Shown here piece after piece: positions 1-13,036 of a DNA stretch of 64,000 bases. A program made the translations under genes and the position numbers. The stretch's first letter is position 1. Every line of letters begins with the position of its first letter. The DNA is from Macrostomum lignano (Eukaryota), in the NCBI GenBank assembly GCA_002269645.1, contig NIVC01001686.1:1-64000 (forward strand), written 5' to 3'. The notes beneath the pieces were generated by a model. The model saw only the letters and a list, made by a program, of their open reading frames with translations, searched no databases and was not told the DNA's origin.

Positions 1-631
1 CAGCAGCAGCAGCAGCAGCAGCAGCCGCAGCTAGTCCGTGCAGGCAGTCAGTCTATTTGTGAATTTTCTGGTGGATCTGAAGAAAACCCGTCCGGCACAG
101 GATTAAGAGAAAGAGACGATCTGTTTTGGGTGAGTATTATCTGCTGTAGAAGTATTGTACACCAGAGTACTTGTGTTACTTGGTAGAGCACAATTCAAAA
201 GCAATGCAAAATCTCAGTGGCATTGTTGGACACAAGCTACAACGCAATGAATAGTAAACACAGCCAGCCTAGCTCAAGGCTAGTAATTTGTTGGGCATTT
301 ATTGGACATTGCAGCCAGGCTATTTTTTGAACAGCATTTGTTGGGTCGCACTTATTGGGACAATACTGATTCTAATCGCGACTACTTCTGAGTTCTGACT
401 TTTCAAAACAGACCCAGCATGTATGTTGAACACGTTCTATTAAAGGGTTCCTTTATAGCCTATTAATGATTACTAAAGCAAGCCTATCTTAATTGATTTC
501 TTTTCCTCGCAGATTCTGAAGTCAGCAACGCCAGCGACATGCCTAAGAGACAAGAATGCGCTTTAACGATCAGCAGCGAGCATTCTGATCTCGCCTGCAT
601 CCGTCATTTGTTCACTTGCTGCTCACAAGCC

Positions 632-681
<50 letters not shown>

Positions 682-1280
682 TATCCGTGCAGGCAGTCAG
701 TCTATTGTGAATTTTCTGGTGGATCTGAAGAAAACCCGTCCGGCACAGGATTAAAGAGAAAGAGACGATCTGTTTTGGGTGAGTATTATCTGCTGTAGAA
801 GTATTGTACACCAGAGTACTTGTGTTACTTGGTAGAGCACAATTCAAAAGCAATGCAACAATCTCAGTGGCATTGTTGGGACACAAGCTACAAACGCAAT
901 GAATAGTAAACACAGCCCAGCCTAGCTCAAGGCTAGTAATTTGTTGGGCATTTATTGGGACATTGCAGCCAGGCCTATTTTTGAACAGCATTTGTTGGGT
1001 CGCACTTATTGGACAATACTGATTCTAATCGCGACTACTTCTGAGTTCTGACTTTTCAAAACAGACCCAGCATTAGTTGAACACGTTCTATTAAAGGGTT
1101 CCTTTATAGCCTATTAATGATTACTAAAGGCAAGCCTATCTTAATTGATTTCTTTTCCTCGCAGATTCTGAAGTCAGCAACGCCAGCGACATGCCTAAGA
1201 GACAAGAATGCGCTTTAACGATCAGCAGCGAGCATTCTGATCTCGCCGCTGCATCCGTCATTTGGTTCACTTGCTGCTCA

Positions 1281-1323
<43 letters not shown>

Positions 1324-1927
1324 TATCCGTGCAGGCAGTCAGTCTATTTGTGAATTTTCTGGTGGATCTGAAGAAAACCCGTCCGGCACAGGATTAAAGA
1401 GAAAGAGACGATCTGTTTTGGGTGAGTATTATCTGCTGTAGAAGTATTGTACACCAGAGTACTTGTGTTACTGTAGAGCACAATTCAAAAGCAATGCAAC
1501 AATCTCAGTGGCATTGTTGGGACACAAGCTACAAACGCAATGAATAGTAAACACAGCCCAGCCTAGCTCAAGGCTAGTAATTTGTTGGGCATTTATTGGG
1601 ACATTGCAGCCAGGCCTATTTTTTGAACAGCATTTGTTGGGTCGCACTTATTGGGACAATACTGATTCTAATCGCGACTACTTCTGAGTTCTGACTTTTC
1701 AAAACAGACCCAGCATTAGTTGAACACGTTCTATTAAAGGGTTCCTTTATAGCCTATTAATGATTACTAAAGCAAGCCTATCTTAATTGATTTCTTTTCC
1801 TCGCAGATTCTGAAGTCAGCAACGCCAGCGACATGCCTAAGAGACAAGAATGCGCTTTAACGATCAGCAGCGAGCATTCTGATCTCGCCGCTGCATCCGT
1901 CATTTGGTTCACTTGCTGCTCCAAGCC

Positions 1928-1981
<54 letters not shown>

Positions 1982-2584
1982 GCTATCCGTGCAGGCAGTC
2001 AGTCTATTTGTGAATTTTCTGGTGGATCTGAAGAAAACCCGTCCGGCACAGGATTAAAGAGAAAGAGACGATCTGTTTTGGGTGAGTATTATCTGCTGTA
2101 GAAGTATTGTACACCAGAGTACTTGTGTTACTGGTAGAGCACAATTCAAAAGCAATGCAACAATCTCAGTGGCATTGTTGGGACACAAGCTACAAACGCA
2201 ATGAATAGTAAACACAGCCCAGCCTAGCTCAAGGCTAGTAATTTGTTGGCATTTATTGGGACATTGCAGCCAGGCCTATTTTTTGAACAGCATTTGTTGG
2301 GTCGCACTTATTGGGACAATACTGATTCTAATCGCGACTACTTCTGAGTTCTGACTTTTCAAAACAGACCCAGCATTAGTTGAACACGTTCTATTAAAGG
2401 GTTCCTTTATAGCCTATTAATGATTACTAAAGGCAAGCCTATCTTAATTGATTTCTTTTCCTCGCAGATTCTGAAGTCAGCAACGCCAGCGACATGCCTA
2501 AGAGACAAGAATGCGCTTTAACGATCAGCAGCGAGCATTCTGATCTCGCCGCTGCATCCGTCATTTGGTTCACTTGCTGCTCAC

Positions 2585-2625
<41 letters not shown>

Positions 2626-3238
2626 GCTATCCGTGCAGGCAGTCAGTCTATTTGTGAATTTTCTGGTGGATCTGAAGAAAACCCGTCCGGCACAGGATTA
2701 AAGAGAAAGAGACGATCTGTTTTGGGTGAGTATTATCTGCTGTAGAAGTATTGTACACCAGAGTACTTGTGTTACTTGGTAGAGCACAATTCAAAAGCAA
2801 TGCAACAATCTCAGTGGCATTGTTGGGACACAAGCTACAAACGCAATGAATAGTAAACACAGCCCAGCCTAGCTCAAGGCTAGTAATTTGTTGGGCATTT
2901 ATTGGACATTGCAGCCAGGCCTATTTTTTGAACAGCATTTGTTGGGTCGCACTTATTGGGACAATACTGATTCTAATCGCGACTACTTCTGAGTTCTGAC
3001 TTTTCAAAACAGACCCAGCATTAGTTGAACACGTTCTATTAAAGGGTTCCTTTATAGCCTATTAATGATTACTAAAGCAAGCCTATCTTAATTGATTTCT
3101 TTTCCTCGCAGATTCTGAAGTCAGCACGCCAGCGACATGCCTAAGAGACAAGAATGCGCTTTAACGATCAGCAGCGAGCATTCTGATCTCGCCGCTGCAT
3201 CCGTCATTTGGTTCACTTGCTGCTCAAGCCGCAGCAGC

Positions 3239-3279
<41 letters not shown>

Positions 3280-3886
3280 TATCCGTGCAGGCAGTCAGTC
3301 TATTTGTGAATTTTCTGGTGGATCTGAAGAAAACCCGTCCGGCACAGGATTAAAGAGAAAGAGACGATCTGTTTTGGGTGAGTATTATCTGCTGTAGAAG
3401 TATTGTACACCAGAGTACTTGTGTTACCTTGGTAGAGCACAATTCAAAAGCATGCAACAATCTCAGTGGCATTGTTGGGACACAAGCTACAAACGCAATG
3501 AATAGTAAACACAGCCCAGCCTAGCTCAAGGCTAGTAATTTGTTGGGCATTTATTGGGACATTGCAGCCAGGCCTATTTTTTGAACAGCATTTGTTGGGT
3601 CGCACTTATTGGGACAATACTGATTCTAATCGCGACTACTTCTGAGTTCTGACTTTTCAAAACAGACCCAGCATTAGTTGAACACGTTCTATTAAAGGGT
3701 TCCTTTATAGCCTATTAATGATTACTAAAGGCAAGCCTATCTTAATTGATTTCTTTCCTCGCAGATTCTGAAGTCAGCAACGCCAGCGACATGCCTAAGA
3801 GACAAGAATGCGCTTTAACGATCAGCAGTGAGCATTCTGATCTCGCCGCTGCATCCGTCATTTGGTTCACTTGCTGCTGCCAAGCC

Positions 3887-3944
<58 letters not shown>

Positions 3945-3947
<3 letters not shown>

Positions 3948-4842
3948 CTGCCTCCGGCCACCACGCCCCCGTTGGAGCGCTGTCTTGCCGCTCTCGACGT
4001 CATCCGGTCTCACCCGGCTGAGCTCGTCATTTACTGCGATGGTTCGGCGGCCGGCGGCTCCGAGGCTGGCGGGGCGGCCGCTGTGGTCACCATCGGAGAC
4101 CCGGCAGTCCCGACGACCGTGGAAGCCCGCACGTCCGCTGGCAGCCGCTACACCAGCTCCTTTGAAGAGAACTCCGCGCTCTGGTCTAGCCCTCGACTAC
4201 CTCCGCTCGCACCCCACGCCCCTGCCATCATCTGCTCTGACAGTCAGTCTCTTCTGCGCGCCCTTCAGCGTCCTTCAGCCGCCTGGCCTCTTCCCCCGCC
4301 TTCCCGCACAACTGCCGCGCTCTCCTGTGGGTCCCGGGTCATGTCGGCATTCGCGGGCAATGAACTCGCGACCGCGCTGCTAACTCCGCTGCCGCCAACG
4401 CCGATGAAGCACCGCGCCCTCAGCATCAGTTTTCCCACTGCCGCCTCGGTGATCCGCCGCACTCTGGTTGACAAGCCGGTCACCCACGCGAGATCTCGTC
4501 TCACCTATGCCTCCGCCGACGCCGAAAAGGAACGTCGCTTATTACTAACCGCAAAGACGCTGTCCTTCTGCCCGGCTGCGCTCCGGCCACTCCAGCCTCT
4601 TCGAGCCTTCCGCGCCCTCATGGACCCCACGGTGGATCCGACGTGCCAAAGGTGCTTCCTCGAACCAGAACACCCTTGAGCACTGGACAGCGTGCCCTGC
4701 TCTCGAGGCCGCCCGCCGTCGCTTCATTGGAGCTCCGCTCTCCCTCAGCAACTTGTCCGATTACCCTGATGGTTTGTCGCGCTGGCCAGGTTCTGCATGG
4801 ATCCTGGGCGCGTTTGGGCCAACTAACAACAACAACAACAAC
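3945..4842 (+). mobile_element. 5'-truncated non-LTR retrotransposon (I-group-like: RNase H + C-terminal Cys/His knuckle), inserted in a CAG tract
   Basis: RNase H motifs YCDGS, SSFEE, ICSDSQS, and WVPGH/GNELA across frameshifts. Then LLARLRSGH-like and CxxC..EHW..C sequence, a short 3' end and an (AAC)n tail at 4825-4842. Both flanks are the CAG tract of the unit starting at 3765. Confidence 0.88.
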
Positions 4843-5465
4843 AGCAGCAGCAGCAGGCAGCAGCCGCTATCCGTGCAGGCAGTCAGTCTATTTGTGAATT
4901 TTCTGGTGGATCTGAAGAAAACCCGTCCGGCACAGGATTAAAGAGAAAGAGACGATCTGTTTTGGGTGAGTATTATCTGCTGTAGAAGTATTGTACACCA
5001 GAGTACTTGTGTTACTTGGTAGAGCACAATTCAAAAGCAATGCAACAATCTCAGTGGCATTGTTGGGACACAAGCTACAAACGCAATGAATAGTAAACAC
5101 AGCCCAGCCTAGCTCAAGGCTAGTAATTTGTTGGGCATTTATTGGGACATTGCAGCCAGGCCTATTTTTTGAACAGCATTTGTTGGGTCGCACTTATTGG
5201 GACAATACTGATTCTAATCGCGACTACTTCTGAGTTCTGACTTTTCAAAACAGACCCAGCATTAGTTGAACACGTTCTATTAAAGGGTTCCTTTATAGCC
5301 TATTAATGATTACTAAAGCAAGCCTATCTTAATTGATTTCTTTTCCTCGCAGATTCTGAAGTCAGCACGCCAGCGACATGCCTAAGAGACAAGAATGCGC
5401 TTTAACGATCAGCAGCGAGCATTCTGATCTCGCCGCTGCATCCGTCATTTGGTTCACTTGCTGCT

Positions 5466-5536
<71 letters not shown>

Positions 5537-6143
5537 TATCCGTGCAGGCAGTCAGTCTATTTGTGAATTTTCTGGTGGATCTGAAGAAAACCCGTCCGGC
5601 ACAGGATTAAAGAGAAAGAGACGATCTGTTTTGGGTGAGTATTATCTGCTGTAGAAGTATTGTACACCAGAGTACTTGTGTTACTTGGTAGAGCACAATT
5701 CAAAAGCTATGCAACAATCTCAGTGGCATTGTTGGGACACAAGCTACAAACGCAATGAATAGTAAACACAGCCCAGCCTAGCTCAAGGCTAGTAATTTGT
5801 TGGGCATTTATTGGGACATTGCAGCCAGGCCTATTTTTTGAACAGCATTTGTTGGGTCGCACTTATTGGGACAATACTGATTCTAATCGCGACTACTTCT
5901 GAGTTCTGACTTTTCAAAACAGACCCAGCATTAGTTGAACACGTTCTATTAAAGGGTTCCTTTATAGCCTATTAATGATTACTAAAGCAAGCCTATCTTA
6001 ATTGATTTCTTTTCCTCGCAGATTCTGAAGTCAGCACGCCAGCGACATGCCTAAGAGACAAGAATGCGCTTTAACGATCAGCAGCGAGCATTCTGATCTC
6101 GCCGCTGCATCCGTCATTTGGTTCACTTGCTGCTGCACAAGCC

Positions 6144-6190
<47 letters not shown>

Positions 6191-6675
6191 TATCCGTGCA
6201 GGCAGTCAGTCTATTTGTGAATTTTCTGGTGGATCTGAAGAAAACCCGTCCGGCACAGGATTAAAGAGAAAGAGACGATCTGTTTTGGGTGAGTATTATC
6301 TGCTGTAGAAGTATTGTACACCAGAGTACTTGTGTTACTTGGTAGAGCACAATTCAAAAGCAATGCAACAATCTCAGTGGCATTGTTGGGACACAAGCTA
6401 CAAACGCAATGAATAGTAAACACAGCCCAGCCTAGCTCAAGGCTAGTAATTTGTTGGGCATTTATTGGGACATTGCAGCCAGGCCTATTTTTTGAACAGC
6501 ATTTGTTGGGTCGCACTTATTGGGACAATACTGATTCTAATCGCGACTACTTCTGAGTTCTGACTTTTCAAAACAGACCCAGCATTAGTTGAACACGTTC
6601 TATTAAAGGGTTCCTTTATAGCCTATTAATGATTACTAAAGCAAGCCTATCTTAATTGATTTCTTTTCCTCGCAG

Positions 6676-6797
6676 ATTCTGAAGTCAGCAACGCCAGCGA
6701 CATGCCTAAGAGACAAGAATGCGCTTTAACGATCAGCAGCGAGCATTCTGATCTCGCCGCTGCATCCGTCATTTGGTTCACTTGCTGCTCACAAGCC

Positions 6798-6848
<51 letters not shown>

Positions 6849-7457
6849 GCTATCCGTGCAGGCAGTCAGTCTATTTGTGAATTTTCTGGTGGATCTGAAG
6901 AAAACCCGTCCGGCACAGGATTAAAGAGAAAGAGACGATCTGTTTTGGGTGAGTATTATCTGCTGTAGAAGTATTGTACACCAGAGTACTTGTGTTACTT
7001 GGTAGAGCACAATTCAAAAGCATGCAACAATCTCAGTGGCATTGTTGGGACACAAGCTACAAACGCAATGAATAGTAAACACAGCCCAGCCTAGCTCAAG
7101 GCTAGTAATTTGTTGGGCATTTATTGGGACATTGCAGCCAGGCCTATTTTTTGAACAGCATTTGTTGGGTCGCACTTATTGGGACAATACTGATTCTAAT
7201 CGCGACTACTTCTGAGTTCTGACTTTTCAAAACAGACCCAGCATTAGTTGAACACGTTCTATTAAAGGGTTCCTTTATAGCCTATTAATGATTACTAAAG
7301 GCAAGCCTATCTTAATTGATTTCTTTTCCTCGCAGATTCTGAAGTCAGCAACGCCAGCGACATGCCTAAGAGACAAGAATGCGCTTTAACGATCAGCAGC
7401 GAGCATTCTGATCTCGCCGCTGCATCCGTCATTTGGTTCACTTGCTGCTGCCAAGCC

Positions 7458-7523
<66 letters not shown>

Positions 7524-8132
7524 GCTATCCGTGCAGGCAGTCAGTCTATTTGTGAATTTTCTGGTGGATCTGAAGAAAACCCGTCCGGCACAGGATTAAA
7601 GAGAAAGAGACGATCTGTTTTGGGTGAGTATTATCTGCTGTAGAAGTATTGTACACCAGAGTACTTGTGTTACTTGGTAGAGCACAATTCAAAAGCAATG
7701 CAACAATCTCAGTGGCATTGTTGGACACAAGCTACAAACGCAATGAATAGTAAACACAGCCCAGCCTAGCTCAAGGCTAGTAATTTGTTGGGCATTTATT
7801 GGGACATTGCAGCCAGGCCTATTTTTTGAACAGCATTTGTTGGGTCGCACTTATTGGGACAATACTGATTCTAATCGCGACTACTTCTGAGTTCTGACTT
7901 TTCAAAACAGACCCAGCATTAGTTGAACACGTTCTATTAAAGGGTTCCTTTATAGCCTATTAATGATTACTAAAGGCAAGCCTATCTTAATTGATTTCTT
8001 TTCCTCGCAGATTCTGAAGTCAGCAACGCCAGCGACATGCCTAAGAGACAAGAATGCGCTTTAACGATCAGCAGCGAGCATTCTGATCTCGCCGCTGCAT
8101 CCGTCATTTGGTTCACTTGCTGCTCACAAGCC

Positions 8133-8195
<63 letters not shown>

Positions 8196-8805
8196 GCTAT
8201 CCGTGCAGGCAGTCAGTCTATTTGTGAATTTTCTGGTGGATCTGAAGAAAACCCGTCCGGCACAGGATTAAAGAGAAAGAGACGATCTGTTTTGGGTGAG
8301 TATTATCTGCTGTAGAAGTATTGTACACCAGAGTACTTGTGTTACTTGGTAGAGCACAATTCAAAAGCTATGCAACAATCTCAGTGGCATTGTTGGGACA
8401 CAAGCTACAAACGCAATGAATAGTAAACACAGCCCAGCCTAGCTCAAGGCTAGTAATTTGTTGGGCATTTATTGGGACATTGCAGCCAGGCCTATTTTTT
8501 GAACAGCATTTGTTGGGTCGCACTTATTGGGACAATACTGATTCTAATCGCGACTACTTCTGAGTTCTGACTTTTCAAAACAGACCCAGCATTAGTTGAA
8601 CACGTTCTATTAAAGGGTTCCTTTATAGCCTATTAATGATTACTAAAGGCAAGCCTATCTTAATTGATTTCTTTTCCTCGCAGATTCTGAAGTCAGCAAC
8701 GCCAGCGACATGCCTAAGAGACAAGAATGCGCTTTAACGATCAGCAGTGAGCATTCTGATCTCGCCGCTGCATCCGTCATTTGGTTCACTTGCTGCTGCC
8801 AAGCC

Positions 8806-8873
<68 letters not shown>

Positions 8874-9480
8874 TATCCGTGCAGGCAGTCAGTCTATTTG
8901 TGAATTTTCTGGTGGATCTGAAGAAAACCCGTCCGGCACAGGATTAAAGAGAAAGAGACGATCTGTTTTGGGTGAGTATTATCTGCTGTAGAAGTATTGT
9001 ACACCAGAGTACTTGTGTTACTTGGTAGAGCACAATTCAAAAGCAATGCAACAATCTCAGTGGCATTGTTGGACACAAGCTACAAACGCAATGAATAGTA
9101 AACACAGCCCAGCCTAGCTCAAGGCTAGTAATTTGTTGGGCATTTATTGGGACATTGCAGCCAGGCCTATTTTTTGAACAGCATTTGTTGGGTCGCACTT
9201 ATTGGGACAATACTGATTCTAATCGCGACTACTTCTGAGTTCTGACTTTTCAAAACAGACCCAGCATTAGTTGAACACGTTCTATTAAAGGGTTCCTTTA
9301 TAGCCTATTAATGATTACTAAAGGCAAGCCTATCTTAATTGATTTCTTTTCCTCGCAGATTCTGAAGTCAGCAACGCCAGCGACATGCCTAAGAGACAAG
9401 AATGCGCTTTAACGATCAGCAGCGAGCATTCTGATCTCGCCGCTGCATCCGTCATTTGGTTCACTTGCTGCTCACAAGCC

Positions 9481-9576
<96 letters not shown>

Positions 9577-10186
9577 GCTATCCGTGCAGGCAGTCAGTCT
9601 ATTTGTGAATTTTCTGGTGGATCTGAAGAAAACCCGTCCGGCACAGGATTAAAGAGAAAGAGACGATCTGTTTTGGGTGAGTATTATCTGCTGTAGAAGT
9701 ATTGTACACCAGAGTACTTGTGTTACTTGGTAGAGCACAATTCAAAAGCTATGCAACAATCTCAGTGGCATTGTTGGGACACAAGCTACAAACGCAATGA
9801 ATAGTAAACACAGCCCAGCCTAGCTCAAGGCTAGTAATTTGTTGGGCATTTATTGGGACATTGCAGCCAGGCCTATTTTTTGAACAGCATTTGTTGGGTC
9901 GCACTTATTGGGACAATACTGATTCTAATCGCGACTACTTCTGAGTTCTGACTTTTCAAAACAGACCCAGCATTAGTTGAACACGTTCTATTAAAGGGTT
10001 CCTTTATAGCCTATTAATGATTACTAAAGGCAAGCCTATCTTAATTGATTTCTTTTCCTCGCAGATTCTGAAGTCAGCAACGCCAGCGACATGCCTAAGA
10101 GACAAGAATGCGCTTTAACGATCAGCAGTGAGCATTCTGATCTCGCCGCTGCATCCGTCATTTGGTTCACTTGCTGCTGCCAAGCC

Positions 10187-10240
<54 letters not shown>

Positions 10241-10850
10241 GCTATCCGTGCAGGCAGTCAGTCTATTTGTGAATTTTCTGGTGGATCTGAAGAAAACCCG
10301 TCCGGCACAGGATTAAAGAGAAAGAGACGATCTGTTTTGGGTGAGTATTATCTGCTGTAGAAGTATTGTACACCAGAGTACTTGTGTTACTTGGTAGAGC
10401 ACAATTCAAAAGCTATGCAACAATCTCAGTGGCATTGTTGGGACACAAGCTACAAACGCAATGAATAGTAAACACAGCCCAGCCTAGCTCAAGGCTAGTA
10501 ATTTGTTGGGCATTTATTGGGACATTGCAGCCAGGCCTATTTTTTGAACAGCATTTGTTGGGTCGCACTTATTGGGACAATACTGATTCTAATCGCGACT
10601 ACTTCTGAGTTCTGACTTTTCAAAACAGACCCAGCATTAGTTGAACACGTTCTATTAAAGGGTTCCTTTATAGCCTATTAATGATTACTAAAGGCAAGCC
10701 TATCTTAATTGATTTCTTTTCCTCGCAGATTCTGAAGTCAGCAACGCCAGCGACATGCCTAAGAGACAAGAATGCGCTTTAACGATCAGCAGTGAGCATT
10801 CTGATCTCGCCGCTGCATCCGTCATTTGGTTCACTTGCTGCTGCCAAGCC

Positions 10851-10907
<57 letters not shown>

Positions 10908-11571
10908 GCTATCCGTGCAGGCAGTCAGTCTATTTGTGAATTTTCTGGTGGATCTGAAGAAAACCCGTCCGGCACAGGATTAAAGAGAAAGAGACGATCT
11001 GTTTTGGGTGAGTATTATCTGCTGTAGAAGTATTGTACACCAGAGTACTTGTGTTACTTGGTAGAGCACAATTCAAAAGCAATGCAACAATCTCAGTGGC
11101 ATTGTTGGGACACAAGCTACAAACGCAATGAATAGTAAACACAGCCCAGCCTAGCTCAAGGCTAGTAATTTGTTGGGCATTTATTGGGACATTGCAGCCA
11201 GGCCTATTTTTTGAACAGCATTTGTTGGGTCGCACTTATTGGGACAATACTGATTCTAATCGCGACTACTTCTGAGTTCTGACTTTTCAAAACAGACCCA
11301 GCATTAGTTGAACACGTTCTATTAAAGGGTTCCTTTATAGCCTATTAATGATTACTAAAGGCAAGCCTATCTTAATTGATTTCTTTTCCTCGCAGATTCT
11401 GAAGTCAGCAACGCCAGCGACATGCCTAAGAGACAAGAATGCGCTTTAACGATCAGCAGCGAGCATTCTGATCTCGCCGCTGCATCCGTCATTTGGTTCA
11501 CTTGCTGCTCACAAGCCGCAGCAGCAGCAGCAGCAGCAGCAGCAGCCGCTATCTGTGCAGCAGTCAGTTAA
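6676..11571 (+). CDS. Putative repeated-exon protein (intact run of poly-Ala/KRKRR modules plus a terminal copy with stop); function unknown
   Basis: Seven consecutive copies (6676-10729 starts) are open from acceptor to donor in one frame, phase 1 at both ends: DSEVSNASDMPKRQECALTISSEHSDLAAASVIWFTCC(S/C)Q-(A)19-34-IRAGSQSICEFSGGSEENPSGTGLKRKRRSVL(G). The copy at 11396 diverges to AAICAAVS-TAA (11569-11571), with AATAAA at 11691. No family recognised; several upstream copies are frameshifted. Confidence 0.4.
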
Positions 11572-11766
11572 TTCATGAGTTTTCTGGCGGAGCTGGTTAT
11601 TTTTTAATTTTCTGAATCGAGAAGCCGATTAACTGTTGTGTGCTTCACTGGAATATTATTCAGAGGACGCATTTTTTGCAGTCTGTTTCTAATAAAATCC
11701 GGTGCAATGACCGCGGTAGAGCTCTAGCATTTGCTTTTTATAGTATTTGTGTATATTCTTTTTCAA

Positions 11767-12022
11767 GCTATGCTGGAATTGTTGGGACAGCCCCATCCAC
11801 ACTGGCTATGGTGGAATTGTCGGGACAGCCCTATCCACACTGGCTATGGTGGAATTGTTGGGACAGCCCTATCCACACTGGCTATGGTGGAATTGTTGGG
11901 ACAGCCCTATCCACACTGGCTATGGTGGAATTGTTGGGACAGCCCTATCCACACTGGCTATGGTGGAATTGTTGGGACAGCCCTATCCACACTGGCTATG
12001 GTGGAATTGTTGGGACAGCCCC
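11767..12022. repeat. 38-bp minisatellite (~7 copies)
   Basis: gctatggtggaattgttgggacagccctatccacactg starts at 11767, 11805, 11843, 11881 and onward. Confidence 0.95.
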
Positions 12023-12695
12023 ATACTATAGTGTGTGCTGGCTTCTGCTATTGTGTGGTTCATTTCCGCATCCTTTTACGTAGCATTCTGTGGGTCCGAA
12101 TAGCTGACATGTACCTTTTGAGTAATTCTAGTGATTGTGTCATAATCAATAAAGTTCATTTTTATGAACAGTGGAGTTTCGCTACAGAATTGTTTTTTCC
12201 CAGTGGCACTAAATGTAGCAAATTTTGTTTATTCAGATCGTAAAATTTTTTTGATATGTGTCAATGTCGTTTGTCTTCGATAACCTTAAAGTCCCTTGCC
12301 ATTTACCATCCTGTCTTCTCTAATCTATGATCGCTGAAATTATCTGGTGAAATTTGACGCGCTGATATTATTGCCTTAGTGGAATTCAGCAAGACACCAG
12401 GGTTTTTTAATTCTGTTTTAGACAAGTATACATGTACAATCTGTTGTGAGTTCAATGCACCTCGAAAAATGCTTTCCAACTGTTTTCAGTAAGCCAAAAG
12501 CATGTTGTCAATAAAAATCTATTTGGTGGGTTGAAAATTGCCTGTGTGGGGACGTGTGTGTGTGTGATTTTTCGTGTGTCGGAGCAGTCCCAATATGTGC
12601 AAGTTTTTGCACACTTGGCCAATAAGTGCCTCGTGCACGTTTGTGTGTGTGTGTGTGTCTGTCTGTCTGTCTGTTTGTCTGTGTATCTGTGTGTC

Positions 12696-13027
12696 TGTCT
12701 CCATATCTACCTGTCTCCATATCTACCTGTCTCCATATCTACCTGTCTCCATATCTACCTGTCTCCATATCTACCTGTCTCCATATCTACCTGTCTCCAT
12801 ATCTACCTGTCTCCATATCTACCTGTCTCCATATCTACCTGTCTCCATATCTACCTGTCTCCATATCTACCTGTCTCCATATCTACCTGTCTCCATATCT
12901 ACCTGTCTCCATATCTACCTGTCTCCATATCTACCTGTCTCCATATCTACCTGTCTCCATATCTACCTGTCTCCATATCTACCTGTCTCCATATCTACCT
13001 GTCTCCATATCTACCTGTCTCCATATC
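12696..13027. repeat. 16-bp minisatellite (~21 copies), preceded by TG/TCTG microsatellite
   Basis: Unit tgtctccatatctacc; the array runs directly into the splice acceptor at 13036. Confidence 0.95.
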
Positions 13028-13036
13028 CACCCCCAG

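Larger units (their letters stand above)
1..11600 (+). repeat. Tandem array of ~645-705 bp exon+intron-like units (15 complete + 2 partial copies; continues left of window)
   Basis: Near-identical unit recurs with acceptor ttttcctcgcag|ATTCTG at exon starts 513, 1165, 1807, 2468, 3112, 3765, 5353, 6022, 6676, 7336, 8011, 8684, 9359, 10065, 10729, 11396, and donor TTTTGG|gtgagt (e.g. 129, 778). Length variation comes mainly from the internal (CAG)n tract. Confidence 0.97.

Noticed and set aside
280-11300. Array unit as an snRNA/SL-RNA/5S gene repeat (Sm-like aatttgttgg, aattttctgg)
   Set aside because: No recognisable leader, snRNA or 5S sequence; Sm-like words are common in T-rich DNA.
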